Source: Vibrio cholerae ATCC 14035 (lineage in GTDB: Bacteria; Pseudomonadota; Gammaproteobacteria; Enterobacterales; Vibrionaceae). Taken from it: 32,000 bases of DNA. Shown here in pieces: positions 1-10,985 of the stretch. The translations under genes and the position numbers were made by a program. The DNA lies in NCBI RefSeq assembly GCF_000621645.1, contig NZ_JHXR01000021.1, positions 37,290-69,289 on the forward strand, given 5' to 3'. The notes under the pieces were generated by a model. That model saw nothing but the letters and a program-made list of their open reading frames with translations. It was not told where the DNA came from and did not search any database. Position 1 is the first letter of the stretch, and the number at the start of each line of letters is the position of its first letter.

Positions 1-1386
1 TTGGATGCCTTGGTCAGCGAGTAGGGTTGCGATCTTGCTGTCACTGAGTGGTTTGGCAGGATTCTCTGCCGCCACCAGTTTTTTGATCAGCGCCCTGATC
101 GCAGTGGACGAGCACTCTCCGCCATTGTCAGTACTGACGTGGCTGGAGAAAAAGTACTTCAACTCAAAAATGCCGCGCGGGGTATGCATGTATTTCTGCG
201 TGGTGACACGCGAAATTGTCGATTCATGCATTTCCACCGCCATCGCCACATCGTTGAGCACCATCGGCTTCATCGCCTCTTCTCCATACTCGAAGAAATC
301 GTGTTGGTGTTCAACTATGCACTTGGCAACTTTGAGCAGTGTCTCGTTTCTACTTTCTAAACTTTTGATCAGCCATTTTGCCTCTTGCAAATTGGTACGG
401 ATGTAGTTGCTCTCCGCATTATTACCGCGCATCAGGTCGGCATACTGCTGATTGATCTTCAGTTTAGGCACACTATCTGGGTTGATGGTGACCAGCCATC
501 GACCTTGTTCTTTATAGACTGACACGTCAGGTATAACGTATTCAGCGTGATCTTGGGCAATTCGACTGCCGGGGCGAGGATCGAGCTGTTGGATGAGTTG
601 CAGGATCTCGCGCAAGTCCTCTTCTTTGAGCTTAGTCTCTTTCAGAATGGTTTTGTAATCGCGATTCCCTAAATCATCGATGTACTGTGAGAGCAGTAAA
701 CGCGCTTCTTCCAGCCAAGGAGTATCACAGGGATAGGTGGTGAGTTGCAGCAACAAGCAGTCTTGCAGATTAAGCGATGCCACACCAAAGGGGTCAAACT
801 GCTGAATGCGTTTACGTACCGCTTCAATCTCATCCAACTCAATGTCATCACTGCGCAGGCTCTCTTGGATCTCCTCTAGTGAGACGGTTAAATAACCGTA
901 ATCGTCGATAGCATCGATAAGTGCAACGGCAATGGTGCGATCCACATCGCTAAAGGGAGTTAAGTCGAGTTGCCAGTGAAGATAATCTTGCAGGGTTTGG
1001 GTGGTTTCGCCTTGGTAGATAGGGGCATCATCATCGAGTGCCAGTCCTGTACTGCCAGTATTGGCGCTGTAGACTTCATCCCAAGTGGTATCCATCTCTA
1101 ATTCAGCGCTGATTTCCGATTTTTCAATCAGATCCGAGCTATCCTGCGGTTCAGGTTCGTAGAGTTCTTCTGGCTCGCGCGGGCTTTCTTCCGTCATACG
1201 TACGCTATCAAGCGATGGCGCTTCGTCTTGGTTCTCTTCCACCTCTAACAAGGGGTTAGATTCCAATGCTTCCTGAATTTCTTGCTGCAGATCCAGCGTC
1301 GAAAGCTGCAACAGACGAATCGCCTGCTGGAGCTGCGGAGTCATGGCTAACTGTTGACCTAGCTTGAGCTGTAATGACGGTTTCAT
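1..1386 (-). CDS. rpoN: RNA polymerase sigma-54 factor, 3'-truncated by window edge (first 462 codons)
   Basis: Absent from the ORF track because it runs off the window. My minus-strand translation from ATG 1384-1386 reads [48 protein letters not shown]. It stays open to position 1 (...[36 protein letters not shown]), ending just before the RpoN box. It follows lptB as in E. coli. Confidence 0.95.
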   Translation of the reverse strand, partial: MKPSLQLKLGQQLAMTPQLQQAIRLLQLSTLDLQQEIQEALESNPLLEVEENQDEAPSLDSVRMTEESPREPEELYEPEPQDSSDLIEKSEISAELEMDTTWDEVYSANTGSTGLALDDDAPIYQGETTQTLQDYLHWQLDLTPFSDVDRTIAVALIDAIDDYGYLTVSLEEIQESLRSDDIELDEIEAVRKRIQQFDPFGVASLNLQDCLLLQLTTYPCDTPWLEEARLLLSQYIDDLGNRDYKTILKETKLKEEDLREILQLIQQLDPRPGSRIAQDHAEYVIPDVSVYKEQGRWLVTINPDSVPKLKINQQYADLMRGNNAESNYIRTNLQEAKWLIKSLESRNETLLKVAKCIVEHQHDFFEYGEEAMKPMVLNDVAMAVEMHESTISRVTTQKYMHTPRGIFELKYFFSSHVSTDNGGECSSTAIRALIKKLVAAENPAKPLSDSKIATLLADQGIQ

Positions 1387-1441
1387 GCAGTAATGGATGC
1401 CTTGTTATTGTTAGTATTCATTGAACTCTACTCTGTTTTAA

Positions 1442-2167
1442 TCATAGACGGAATTGTTCGCCGAGATAAACCTGCTTCACCTGTTCATTATTGAGAACAT
1501 CTTGTGGCGTTCCTTCCGCAATCAGTCGGCCTTGGCTGACAATATACGCTTTTTCACACACATCCAGCGTTTCACGTACGTTGTGGTCGGTGATGAGGAC
1601 CCCTAGACCGCGATCGCGCAGATGTTCGATGATTTTTTTGATATCGATGACCGAGATGGGGTCAACGCCAGCAAAAGGCTCATCCAGCAAGATAAATTGT
1701 GGGTTAGCCGCCAGAGCGCGGGCGATTTCCACCCGGCGTCGTTCACCGCCAGAGAGCGCCATCCCAGCACTTTTACGAATGTGCTGAATGTGGAATTCTT
1801 CGAGCAAATCTTCCAGCTTGTCCTGACGCTCTTCATGGGTCAGCTCTTCGCGGGTCTGCAGGACGGCCATGATGTTGTCTTCGACCGAGAGTTTGCGAAA
1901 GATAGACGCTTCTTGCGGCAGATAACCAATGCCCATCCGTGAGCGGCTGTGCATCGGTAGAATGCTGATGTCGTTGTCATCGATGGTAATGGTGCCTTCA
2001 TCACGCGCGACAAGGCCGACAATCATGTAAAACGAGGTGGTTTTACCCGCACCATTAGGGCCAAGCAGGCCCACAATCTGTCCTGACTCAACTTGAAGAC
2101 TGACGTCAGAAACCACTTTGCGCTTTTTGTAGCTCTTGGCTAAATGCTGTGCTTTTAAGATGGCCAT
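1442..2167 (-). CDS. lptB: LPS export ABC transporter ATPase
   Basis: 241 aa. Walker [10 protein letters not shown], signature [15 protein letters not shown], Walker B ILLDEP. Sits between lptA and rpoN. Confidence 0.95.
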   Translation of the reverse strand: MAILKAQHLAKSYKKRKVVSDVSLQVESGQIVGLLGPNGAGKTTSFYMIVGLVARDEGTITIDDNDISILPMHSRSRMGIGYLPQEASIFRKLSVEDNIMAVLQTREELTHEERQDKLEDLLEEFHIQHIRKSAGMALSGGERRRVEIARALAANPQFILLDEPFAGVDPISVIDIKKIIEHLRDRGLGVLITDHNVRETLDVCEKAYIVSQGRLIAEGTPQDVLNNEQVKQVYLGEQFRL

Positions 2168-2169
2168 AG

Positions 2170-2664
2170 TTACTCTTGGATTGCTTGTGGTTGAAGAACG
2201 GTAGAGACGCGCCCTTTGCCATCACTATCGGCAATCAGTTTCTGCAAGCTGATTTTGTAGCGGATTTTGCTGCCGCGAATTTCGCTGTCATCTTGTGACA
2301 ACATGGCTTTATTGATCATCACTAACTCATCGTCGCGAACTTTGTAGTACAGCTCTTTGGCTTCACCATACAGGGTTTTGCCTTCATCAGTCAGTTGCGA
2401 GAAGGTTGCGACGTTGCCATAGCCTTCGATTTCTTCAATTTTGCCGTTTTCAGCATTACGGATCACGATCAACTTGTCGGCATTGATATTGATGCTGCCT
2501 TGCTTGAGTTTGACATCGCCTAAGAAGGTGACACGATTGCTCTTCATATCCAGTTGTTGACTGTCTGAGTCGATATAAACTGGTTGTTCTCTGTCGGTAG
2601 AGAGTGCATAAGCCTGAGTCGAGGCGAGCAAACAAGCAATAAGACTAAGGTGTGAGCGTTTCAT
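2170..2664 (-). CDS. lptA: periplasmic LPS transport protein LptA
   Basis: ORF-track start 2709 trimmed to ATG 2662-2664, which gives the signal peptide [20 protein letters not shown]. OstA-like beta-jellyroll sequence. Position between lptC and lptB. Confidence 0.88.
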   Translation of the reverse strand: MKRSHLSLIACLLASTQAYALSTDREQPVYIDSDSQQLDMKSNRVTFLGDVKLKQGSININADKLIVIRNAENGKIEEIEGYGNVATFSQLTDEGKTLYGEAKELYYKVRDDELVMINKAMLSQDDSEIRGSKIRYKISLQKLIADSDGKGRVSTVLQPQAIQE

Positions 2665-3208
2665 ATCTACCTTGTACTTGGTTATAAAGTTCAGCCGAAT
2701 GATCGGCAAAGTTGCCTTTCATCGCTTGACCGTGTGTTTCAAATTGTGGGCCGCGCAGTTCGACGGGCTTATCGGCCCAGAAGTCACGACTTTTGAGTTG
2801 GATACTCATCTCGCTGGTGGTGAGAGTATCAAAGCCGGAGTCTGGAAGTAGATTTTTAGCCAAAACGTCGTCATATAAGGTCAGCACCTGATCTTTGCTC
2901 AGAATGCCTCTGCGTGCGGTGATTTCCCACTCTTGTAATGTTCCTTCCCGATACACTTTGAGTATCGGAGCTTTAAACAGGGTATTGCCGCTTTTAGCAT
3001 AGTGATCCAGATGAATCGAAGTGATCACGTAGTTGCGGATACCTTGTTCGTCATACGAAATATTTTCTAAGTTCTCGCCACTGAACATAGGCAACTCCAA
3101 ATTCGGAGCCACCTGAATCTTACTGTCTTGCTCTTGTCCCAATAAGTAATAGAGTGACCAAGAAGCAATAAACAACAGCAGAACGTAAACAATGCGCGAC
3201 AAACTCAT
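2645..3208 (-). CDS. lptC: inner-membrane-anchored LPS transport protein LptC
   Basis: 187 aa with one N-terminal TM helix (IVYVLLLFIASWSLYYLL). Synteny kdsC-lptC-lptA. ATGA overlap with the kdsC stop; its own stop lies 20 nt inside lptA. Confidence 0.88.
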   Translation of the reverse strand: MSLSRIVYVLLLFIASWSLYYLLGQEQDSKIQVAPNLELPMFSGENLENISYDEQGIRNYVITSIHLDHYAKSGNTLFKAPILKVYREGTLQEWEITARRGILSKDQVLTLYDDVLAKNLLPDSGFDTLTTSEMSIQLKSRDFWADKPVELRGPQFETHGQAMKGNFADHSAELYNQVQGRYETLTP

Positions 3209-3762
3209 AGGCTCAGGCCTTTATGAACATCCAGTTCGTTACGCGCTTGCAAAATCAAATCGCACACTTCGCGCACGGCGCCGTGACCGCCTTTGATATG
3301 CGTAACGTAATTGGCACGTTGCGCCAGCAGTGGATGACCGTCGGCCACACACACACGCAGTGCCACCTTTTCCATAACAGGCCAATCGATGAGGTCATCA
3401 CCAATGTAGCCGGTCTGCTCAGGAGCGATCGCCAGTTTCTGACAAATATCATAATAAGCCTGCACTTTATCATCCTGACCTTGATAGATCAGTGAAATGC
3501 CTAGCGCTTTCATGCGATTTTCAACAATTTGTGAGTGGCGGCCAGTAATGATCGCGATTTCAATCCCCGCATTCATTAACGCTTTCACGCCATAACCATC
3601 ACGAGTGTGGAAGGTTTTTAACTCTTCGCCTTGGTTACCCATATAAATTAAGCCGTCAGAAAACACACCGTCGACATCGCAAATCAGCAGTTTGATCTGT
3701 TTGGCAATCTCCAGCAGTGAAGGTTCCACTTCTCCATACAAGGTTGAGACGGTTGAACTCAT
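3205..3762 (-). CDS. kdsC: KDO-8-phosphate phosphatase (HAD family)
   Basis: 185 aa. HAD motif I DVDGVFSDG and C-terminal GDDLIDWP. Synteny with kdsD and lptC. Confidence 0.92.
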   Translation of the reverse strand: MSSTVSTLYGEVEPSLLEIAKQIKLLICDVDGVFSDGLIYMGNQGEELKTFHTRDGYGVKALMNAGIEIAIITGRHSQIVENRMKALGISLIYQGQDDKVQAYYDICQKLAIAPEQTGYIGDDLIDWPVMEKVALRVCVADGHPLLAQRANYVTHIKGGHGAVREVCDLILQARNELDVHKGLSL

Positions 3763-4742
3763 TACATCACTCCGGCTTTGAGTAGATCGTGCATGTTCAG
3801 TGCACCGACCAATTTATTATTTTCAACGAGCATCAGGCCATTAATGCGTTTGGCCTGCATTAAATTCAATCCTTCCACGGCCAGCAAATTGGGCTGAGCA
3901 ACGGTTGGTTGGCGCGTCATCACATCGGCAATCACAGTGCTGTGAATATCGATGCGTTTATCAAGAATGCGCCGTAAATCACCGTCAGTAAAAATACCGA
4001 GTAGGGTGTCTTGTTCATCGACAATGGCTGTCATGCCAAGCCCTTTTTGACTGATTTCGAGCAAAGCATCTCGGATCAAGGCTTGTGGTGCCACTTTAGG
4101 CAGTGCATCACCACTGTGCATGATGTCATTGAGTTTGAGCAAGAGTTTACGCCCAAGTGCGCCACCTGGGTGAGACAAAGCAAAATCTTCTGCGGTGAAA
4201 CCGCGTGCTTGCATCAGAGCCACCGCCAACGCATCGCCCATTACAAGAGTGGCGGTGGTGCTTGAGGTTGGCGCAAGCTCTAACGGGCAAGCTTCGCGCG
4301 GTACGGTGATTTGCAGATGGATATCGGCTAATTTCGCCATATTAGAGTTGGGGTTGCCTGTCATGCTGATCACGCGAATACTCAAGCGCTTGAGCACGGG
4401 AAGCAGGGCGAGGATTTCTGATGATTCTCCGGAATTAGAGATGGCGAGTACGATATCGCCACGCTCAATCATCCCGAGATCCCCATGTGAAGCTTCACCC
4501 GGATGTACAAAAAAGGCAGACGTTCCTGTACTGGCTAAGGTGGCGGCAATTTTCTTACCAATGTGGCCTGATTTGCCCATCCCCATCACCACGACTTTGC
4601 CCGTTTGATTGGCCAAAATCATCGCACAAGCACGCGCAAAATCCTCATTGATGTACTGCTCTAGCTGTTGCAATGCATGGATTTCGGTTGCTAGCACTTG
4701 TTTAGCGACCGTTTGGTAATCAAATGAATGGGGCATCCTCAT
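3762..4742 (-). CDS. kdsD: D-arabinose-5-phosphate isomerase (SIS domain plus tandem CBS)
   Basis: 326 aa. SIS motif VMGMGKSGHIGKKIAATLASTG and SHPGGALGRKLL, with a C-terminal CBS pair. The second ATG at 4736 has better spacing to the GAGGA Shine-Dalgarno and is an alternative start. Confidence 0.92.
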   Translation of the reverse strand: MRMPHSFDYQTVAKQVLATEIHALQQLEQYINEDFARACAMILANQTGKVVVMGMGKSGHIGKKIAATLASTGTSAFFVHPGEASHGDLGMIERGDIVLAISNSGESSEILALLPVLKRLSIRVISMTGNPNSNMAKLADIHLQITVPREACPLELAPTSSTTATLVMGDALAVALMQARGFTAEDFALSHPGGALGRKLLLKLNDIMHSGDALPKVAPQALIRDALLEISQKGLGMTAIVDEQDTLLGIFTDGDLRRILDKRIDIHSTVIADVMTRQPTVAQPNLLAVEGLNLMQAKRINGLMLVENNKLVGALNMHDLLKAGVM

Positions 4743-4791
4743 CTTCCTCTTTAGTACACGGCGATATTCATGAACGGAGATATTTTCTCAC

Positions 4792-5754
4792 TTAGATGTT
4801 CATTAATAGGTAAGTAATGTAACCGATGAAAGAGCACAGTAGGAGTGCGCCTTCTAAGCGAGTGATTTGACGTTTTTTGCCCAAAGCGACCCCAACCAGC
4901 AGCAAAGAGACACCGAGCATCACCCAAAAGTCACGACTCATGGCTTCAGGGCTAAGCAGAGAAGGGTTAAGTAAACCCGGTAAGCCCATCACCGCTAAAA
5001 TGTTGAAAACGTTTGAGCCGATAATGTTACCGACCGCCATATCATCTTCGCCTTTAAGCGCGCCCGCCAATGAGGCAGCCAGCTCAGGTAAGCTGGTGCC
5101 CACCGCAATAATGGTTAAGCCGATCACCAGATCGCTCATTCCGAAATGCTTGGCAATCACCACCGCGTTATCGACCAGCATGCCTGCGCCAATCGGTAGC
5201 AGAATGAGGCCGACCACGACCCAAAATGCTGCTTTGGGGTTACTGACTCCAACCGGAATCTCCGATTCTTGTTCATCCAGCAAGGCATCGCCGTTTTGTT
5301 TCTCTTTGCGGCTCACTTGCAGCATGACCAAAATAAAGGCGGCAAACAGGGCGATCAGTAAGATGCCTTCATAGAAACCAAGGTGATTGTCCCACAAAAT
5401 TGCACCGGCAATTAGGGTCACACCAATCATCATCGGCAGTTCTCGACGTAATACCGCAGAGCCCACTGAGAGCGGTTTAACGATCGCGGTGATACCTAAA
5501 ATCAACGCGATGTTGGCAATGTTTGAACCGAGGACGTTACCCACAGCTGTATCGGTTTTCCCCTCTAGGGCTGCGGTGGCGGAAACCATCATCTCGGGTG
5601 CTGAGGAGCCCATCGCGAGGATAGTCATACCGATCACTAAAGGAGAGATGCCAATATTGCGAGCTAATGCCGCAGATCCGAACACCAATTTGTCCGCGCC
5701 CCAAACTAGGATTGCGAGACCGATAAACAGAAAGACCACCGCTTCAATAAGCAT
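4792..5754 (-). CDS. yrbG: CaCA-family cation antiporter (YrbG-like)
   Basis: Two alpha-repeat motifs, GNVLGSNIANI and GNIIGSNVFNI, and about 10 TM segments. The ORF-track start 5790 is a TTG. I prefer ATG 5752-5754 (MLIEAVVFLF...), which matches the E. coli YrbG N-terminus. Confidence 0.85.
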   Translation of the reverse strand: MLIEAVVFLFIGLAILVWGADKLVFGSAALARNIGISPLVIGMTILAMGSSAPEMMVSATAALEGKTDTAVGNVLGSNIANIALILGITAIVKPLSVGSAVLRRELPMMIGVTLIAGAILWDNHLGFYEGILLIALFAAFILVMLQVSRKEKQNGDALLDEQESEIPVGVSNPKAAFWVVVGLILLPIGAGMLVDNAVVIAKHFGMSDLVIGLTIIAVGTSLPELAASLAGALKGEDDMAVGNIIGSNVFNILAVMGLPGLLNPSLLSPEAMSRDFWVMLGVSLLLVGVALGKKRQITRLEGALLLCSFIGYITYLLMNI

Positions 5755-5810
5755 GTTGATTCCCACGTAATTAATGAAAATAAAGGCCAAAGGCTTGGAT
5801 GCACCATGAC

Positions 5811-5938
5811 TATCCCCTTCCTACTTGAAGCTGCAGCGGTGTTGGCTACGTTCGTTCACTCCAATCACAGAGTCTATCTATGCTCATGGGGACTCATTCA
5901 CTTGCCGCCTACCTGCAACTCCAAGTTGTTTGGGTATA
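5811..5938. repeat. ERIC/IRU-like 128-bp imperfect palindromic intergenic repeat (MITE-like)
   Basis: Hand alignment over its full length to the ERIC consensus as I remember it. Shared blocks include TAT-CCC...ACTT-AAG-TGCA...GTTGGCT...GCTC-TGGGGA-TCA-TCACTTGCCGCCT-CCTGCAACTC...TTTGGGTATA. Roughly three quarters of positions match, with two 1-nt gaps. The regions matching the ERIC1R and ERIC2 primer sequences are both recognisable. Outer arms 5824-5836 and 5913-5925 form a 13-bp helix. Confidence 0.8.
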
Positions 5939-6346
5939 AGAGTCTCGACTCTTAGAGCAAGGCAAACACCTCCATCAATGGACGAATTCACGCAAGGTCA
6001 GGCATCTTCAGCCATTTAGGCAGAGAATTGGCCGCCAATTTTGACGTGTTGGGTATTAAAAGGGAAGTCGAAGTTCCAATTAATTATCCTTATCCCCTTG
6101 CGATTTTGCCTGTTTGTCACAGTAAACGTCAGCCTTTAAAGCTTGTTCCTAGGTTGTCGTCGGCATGCTATCGACTATGCTGGATGAAGACTTTTATCGA
6201 GTTTTTAGGCGCAAAATGAGTTGAACGACTTTGACAATTCTTGGTCAAGAACCCAAGCATGGATTGATGCGTGCTTTTAATTGCACCATATTGTGCATTA
6301 TCATGCGCATTCTTTCAGGATGTCGACCTAACAGTGAAGTGCCCAT

Positions 6347-7150
6347 ATGTCTCAATCTGACTTAGTCACCATCAAAAATTTGCGTTTTTCGCGCTCGCAG
6401 CGCGTCATTTTTGATGACATAGATCTGCATGTCCCCAAAGGTAAAGTGACAGCAATTATGGGGCCTTCGGGAATCGGTAAAACCACACTGCTGCGTTTGA
6501 TCGGCGGTCAACTCCTGCCAGAACAGGGAGAGATCTGGTTCGATGGTGAAAATATTCCCACCCTCAGTCGCCGCAAACTGTATCGTGCTCGTAAGAAGAT
6601 GAGCATGCTGTTCCAATCAGGCGCGCTGTTTACCGATCTTAATGTGTTTGACAATGTGGCTTACCCATTGCGCGAGCATACCGAACTTGATGAAGCCATG
6701 ATTAAAACCTTGGTGCTGCTGAAATTAGAGGCGGTTGGACTGCGTGGTGCTGCGTATTTAATGCCAAGTGAGCTTTCAGGCGGTATGGCGCGCCGCGCCG
6801 CACTGGCAAGGGCTATTGCACTCGATCCTGAGCTCATCATGTATGATGAGCCGTTTGTCGGACAAGATCCGATCACCATGGGTGTACTGGTTGAGCTGAT
6901 CCGTAACCTTAATCGAGCCTTGGGTGTCACCTCTGTGGTGGTATCGCACGATGTGCCGGAAGTGATGAGCATTGCGGATTGGGTTTATCTGTTGGCTGAT
7001 GGTAAGGTGATTGCGCAAGGTTCACCTCAAGCATTGCGCGACAATCCAGATCCGCGCGTACAACAATTTTTATGCGGCGATGCAGATGGCCCTGTGCCAT
7101 TTCGTTTTCCTGCGCAGCCGATAGAACAGGAGCTGTTTAGTGCTAAATGA
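6347..7150 (+). CDS. mlaF: phospholipid (Mla) ABC transporter ATPase
   Basis: 267 aa. Walker [10 protein letters not shown], signature [14 protein letters not shown], Walker B IMYDEP. First gene of the mlaFEDCB order. Confidence 0.93.
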   Translation: MSQSDLVTIKNLRFSRSQRVIFDDIDLHVPKGKVTAIMGPSGIGKTTLLRLIGGQLLPEQGEIWFDGENIPTLSRRKLYRARKKMSMLFQSGALFTDLNVFDNVAYPLREHTELDEAMIKTLVLLKLEAVGLRGAAYLMPSELSGGMARRAALARAIALDPELIMYDEPFVGQDPITMGVLVELIRNLNRALGVTSVVVSHDVPEVMSIADWVYLLADGKVIAQGSPQALRDNPDPRVQQFLCGDADGPVPFRFPAQPIEQELFSAK

Positions 7151-7931
7151 TGTGATGCGATGGGTCAGCTCTGTTGGGCAACGCACGCTGGCGGTCAGTG
7201 AAACCTTTGGCCGCGCAAGCTTAATGCTGTTTGGTGCACTGGTAGGGCGTCCGCAGCCGATTCGCCATTTTCCGCTCCTCGTTCGCCAGTTATACAGCAT
7301 TGGTGTGCAGTCACTGGCGATCATTATCGTCTCTGGGCTCTTTATTGGCATGGTGCTCAGCTTACAAGGCTATGTGATTTTGGTCGATTACGGCGCAGAA
7401 ACCAGCCTAGGCCAGATGGTGGCGTTATCATTGCTGCGTGAATTAGGCCCAGTGGTTACGGCACTGCTGTTTGCCGGACGAGCGGGCTCTGCCTTAACCG
7501 CCGAAATTGGCTTGATGAAAGCCACCGAGCAGCTGTCTAGCCTTGAAATGATGGCGGTCGATCCACTGAAACGCGTTATTGCGCCACGCTTTTGGGCGGG
7601 AGTCATCTCCATGCCGCTGCTGGCGATGATTTTCATGGCGGTCGGCATTTGGGGCGGCCAATTGGTTGGAGTGGATTGGAAAGGCATTGATCACGGCAGT
7701 TTCTGGTCAGCCATGCAAGCTTCGGTTGAATTGGGCCAAGATATCGGTAACAGCACCATCAAATGTGTGGTGTTTGCGTTTACCGTGACTTGGATTGCTC
7801 TGTTTAACGGTTATGACGCGATCCCGACTTCAGAAGGGATCAGCCGAGCGACCACTCGCACCGTAGTGCACTCATCACTGGCCGTACTTGGGCTGGATTT
7901 TGTTCTAACCGCATTGATGTTTGGGAACTGA
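7140..7931 (+). CDS. mlaE: Mla ABC transporter permease
   Basis: 263 aa, near-colinear with E. coli MlaE ([57 protein letters not shown]). GTG start at 7140 overlaps the mlaF stop by 11 nt. Confidence 0.93.
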   Translation: MLNDVMRWVSSVGQRTLAVSETFGRASLMLFGALVGRPQPIRHFPLLVRQLYSIGVQSLAIIIVSGLFIGMVLSLQGYVILVDYGAETSLGQMVALSLLRELGPVVTALLFAGRAGSALTAEIGLMKATEQLSSLEMMAVDPLKRVIAPRFWAGVISMPLLAMIFMAVGIWGGQLVGVDWKGIDHGSFWSAMQASVELGQDIGNSTIKCVVFAFTVTWIALFNGYDAIPTSEGISRATTRTVVHSSLAVLGLDFVLTALMFGN

Positions 7932-7933
7932 TC

Positions 7934-8425
7934 ATGCAACAAACACGAAAAATTGAATTTTGGGTTGGCAGCTTTGTCATCGCGGGAATTTGCGCGATTT
8001 TAGTGATGATTTTTCAGGTCGCTGACGTCAAAGGCCTTGGCTCCAGCAATACTTATCGCCTGACCGCAGAGTTTGACAATATTGGTAGCTTGAAAGTGCG
8101 CTCTCCAGTCAAAGTGGGAGGTGTGGTGGTTGGACGCGTTGAGTCGATCGCGCTGAACCCGAAAAATCTATTACCGACAGTTACCTTGGCGATCGACAGC
8201 CAGTTTAACCAGTTTCCTGAGAACTCAAGTTTGCAGATCCTGACGTCAGGCTTGATTGGGGAGCAATATTTGAGTTTAGTGCCCGGATTTGTGTTTGAAG
8301 ATGAAGCCATGCTGAAAGAGGGCGATCGCATTGAAGACACCAAATCCGCATTAGTATTGGAAGATTTGATTGGCCAAGTGCTGTATAGCGTGGGTGGCGG
8401 ATCAGACAAAGAGAAAAAGGAATAA
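7934..8425 (+). CDS. mlaD: MCE-domain phospholipid-binding protein MlaD
   Basis: 163 aa with an N-terminal TM anchor followed by an MCE domain (VRSPVKVGGVVVGRV). Synteny. Confidence 0.92.
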   Translation: MQQTRKIEFWVGSFVIAGICAILVMIFQVADVKGLGSSNTYRLTAEFDNIGSLKVRSPVKVGGVVVGRVESIALNPKNLLPTVTLAIDSQFNQFPENSSLQILTSGLIGEQYLSLVPGFVFEDEAMLKEGDRIEDTKSALVLEDLIGQVLYSVGGGSDKEKKE

Positions 8426-8428
8426 GTG

Positions 8429-9067
8429 ATGTGGAAAAAAGCGCTACTCCTCGCGAGTACCCTGTTAACGCCTTGGCTTGCGACAGCGGCCACCATTGAT
8501 ACCAGCAACCCTTATCAAATGATGAAAGCGGTGGCTGAGAAGTCGTTTGATCGTCTGAAAAACGAACAACCCAAAGTGCATCAAGATCCGCAGTATCTCA
8601 AAGTGATTGTGGAAGAAGAGTTGATGCCTTACGTGAACGAACAATACGCGGCGCTTAAACTGCTGGGGCCCAATCTTAAAGGGGCCAAACGTGAAGATGT
8701 GGCGGAGTTCGTTAAAGCGTTTCGCGCTTATTTGGTGACGAATTACGCGCAAGTGCTGACCCAATACACCAATCAAACCATTGAGTTTGGGCCTGAAATG
8801 CCATTGGAAGAGGATCGCCGCATCACTACAGTGAAAGTGGAAATCCTTGATGCGCCGCGTCCGAATATCAAACTGGAATTTAAACTGCGCCAAGAGAAAT
8901 CGGGTGAGTGGAAAGCGTTTGATATGATTGCTGAAGGCATCAGCTTACTGTCCAGCAAACAGTCGGAATGGAGCGGGAAAATTCGTCAAGAAGGTATTCT
9001 GGCGGTCGCGAAAGAGCTGGAACAGTTAGCGAATCAACCGATCCGTTTTGAGAGTCAAAAGCAATGA
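8429..9067 (+). CDS. mlaC: periplasmic phospholipid-binding protein MlaC
   Basis: Signal peptide MWKKALLLASTLLTPWLATAA. NPY..M and FDRLKNEQP match E. coli MlaC. ATG 8429 is preferred over the ORF-track GTG 8426 because of spacing to the AAGGAA Shine-Dalgarno. Confidence 0.9.
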   Translation: MWKKALLLASTLLTPWLATAATIDTSNPYQMMKAVAEKSFDRLKNEQPKVHQDPQYLKVIVEEELMPYVNEQYAALKLLGPNLKGAKREDVAEFVKAFRAYLVTNYAQVLTQYTNQTIEFGPEMPLEEDRRITTVKVEILDAPRPNIKLEFKLRQEKSGEWKAFDMIAEGISLLSSKQSEWSGKIRQEGILAVAKELEQLANQPIRFESQKQ

Positions 9068-9385
9068 GTCATCCACAATGGTCTGCCGAGAATGAACACC
9101 AGTTCAGTTTAATTGGCGAACTGGATCGAGAAACGGTACCCAAATTGTGGATCTTTCTCAAAAATTGGCAGCCGCAAGTGAAGCAAATCGAGCTTTCTTT
9201 GCAACAAGTTGTCAGAATTGACTCTGCGGGAATGGTGCTGTTAATTCACTTAATAGAGCATGCAAAAGTGAGAAACTGTCATATAATGCTCAGCTTCGTG
9301 CCAGAACAACTGCGCACACTGTTTCAGTTGAGCAATATTGAACATCTGATGTCTCAACACATAGCCAAACCAGCAGAGGTGAATT

Positions 9386-9393
<8 letters not shown>
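9064..9393 (+). CDS. mlaB: STAS-domain accessory protein MlaB
   Basis: 109 aa, STAS-like (VRIDSAGMVLLIHLIE). ATGA overlap with mlaC. Synteny. Confidence 0.85.
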
Positions 9394-10907
<1,514 letters not shown>

Positions 10908-10931
10908 CGTTAAACTCCTCATTCATGAATG

Positions 10932-10960
10932 GGCCGAAATCCAAGGGTTTCGGCCTTTTT
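10932..10960 (+). terminator. rho-independent terminator after murA
   Basis: GGCCGAAA (10932-10939) pairs with TTTCGGCC (10948-10955), followed by a T5 run. Confidence 0.85.
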
Positions 10961-10985
10961 CTTCCAGTGCCTTCGGAGAAGTTGC

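Noticed and set aside
5-406. Plus-strand ORFs at the window start (5..406 and 139..360).
   Set aside because: They lie antisense to the clearly recognisable rpoN reading frame.
2665-2700. TGAACTT-16-GTAGA within the lptC 3' end as a sigma-E promoter for lptA, by analogy with E. coli.
   Set aside because: The putative -10 ends only 1 nt (GTAGA A ATG) before the lptA ATG, so a transcript would lack the start codon and Shine-Dalgarno. The -10 match is also poor.
5824-5925. The 13-bp helix enclosing a 76-nt structured core upstream of a cation antiporter looked like a new riboswitch or cis-regulatory leader.
   Set aside because: The whole 128-bp unit aligns with the ERIC/IRU intergenic repeat consensus. 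The structure is explained by a dispersed palindromic repeat rather than a locus-specific ligand sensor.
6071-6077. GGAACTT on the minus strand resembles a sigma-E -35 element upstream of yrbG.
   Set aside because: No TCTGA/TCAAA-type -10 lies at the required ~16-nt spacing. The nearest TCAAA is 26 nt away.
5791-6120. Possible CsrB-like sponge RNA, because several GGA motifs occur.
   Set aside because: About 8 GGA occur in about 330 nt, close to random expectation. They are not presented in repeated hairpin loops.
5825-6219. Intergenic small ORFs from the track (5825..6019 and 6028..6219, plus strand).
   Set aside because: The latter starts with TTG. Neither has a Shine-Dalgarno. The first overlaps the ERIC repeat. 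The sequences look low-complexity and non-protein-like.
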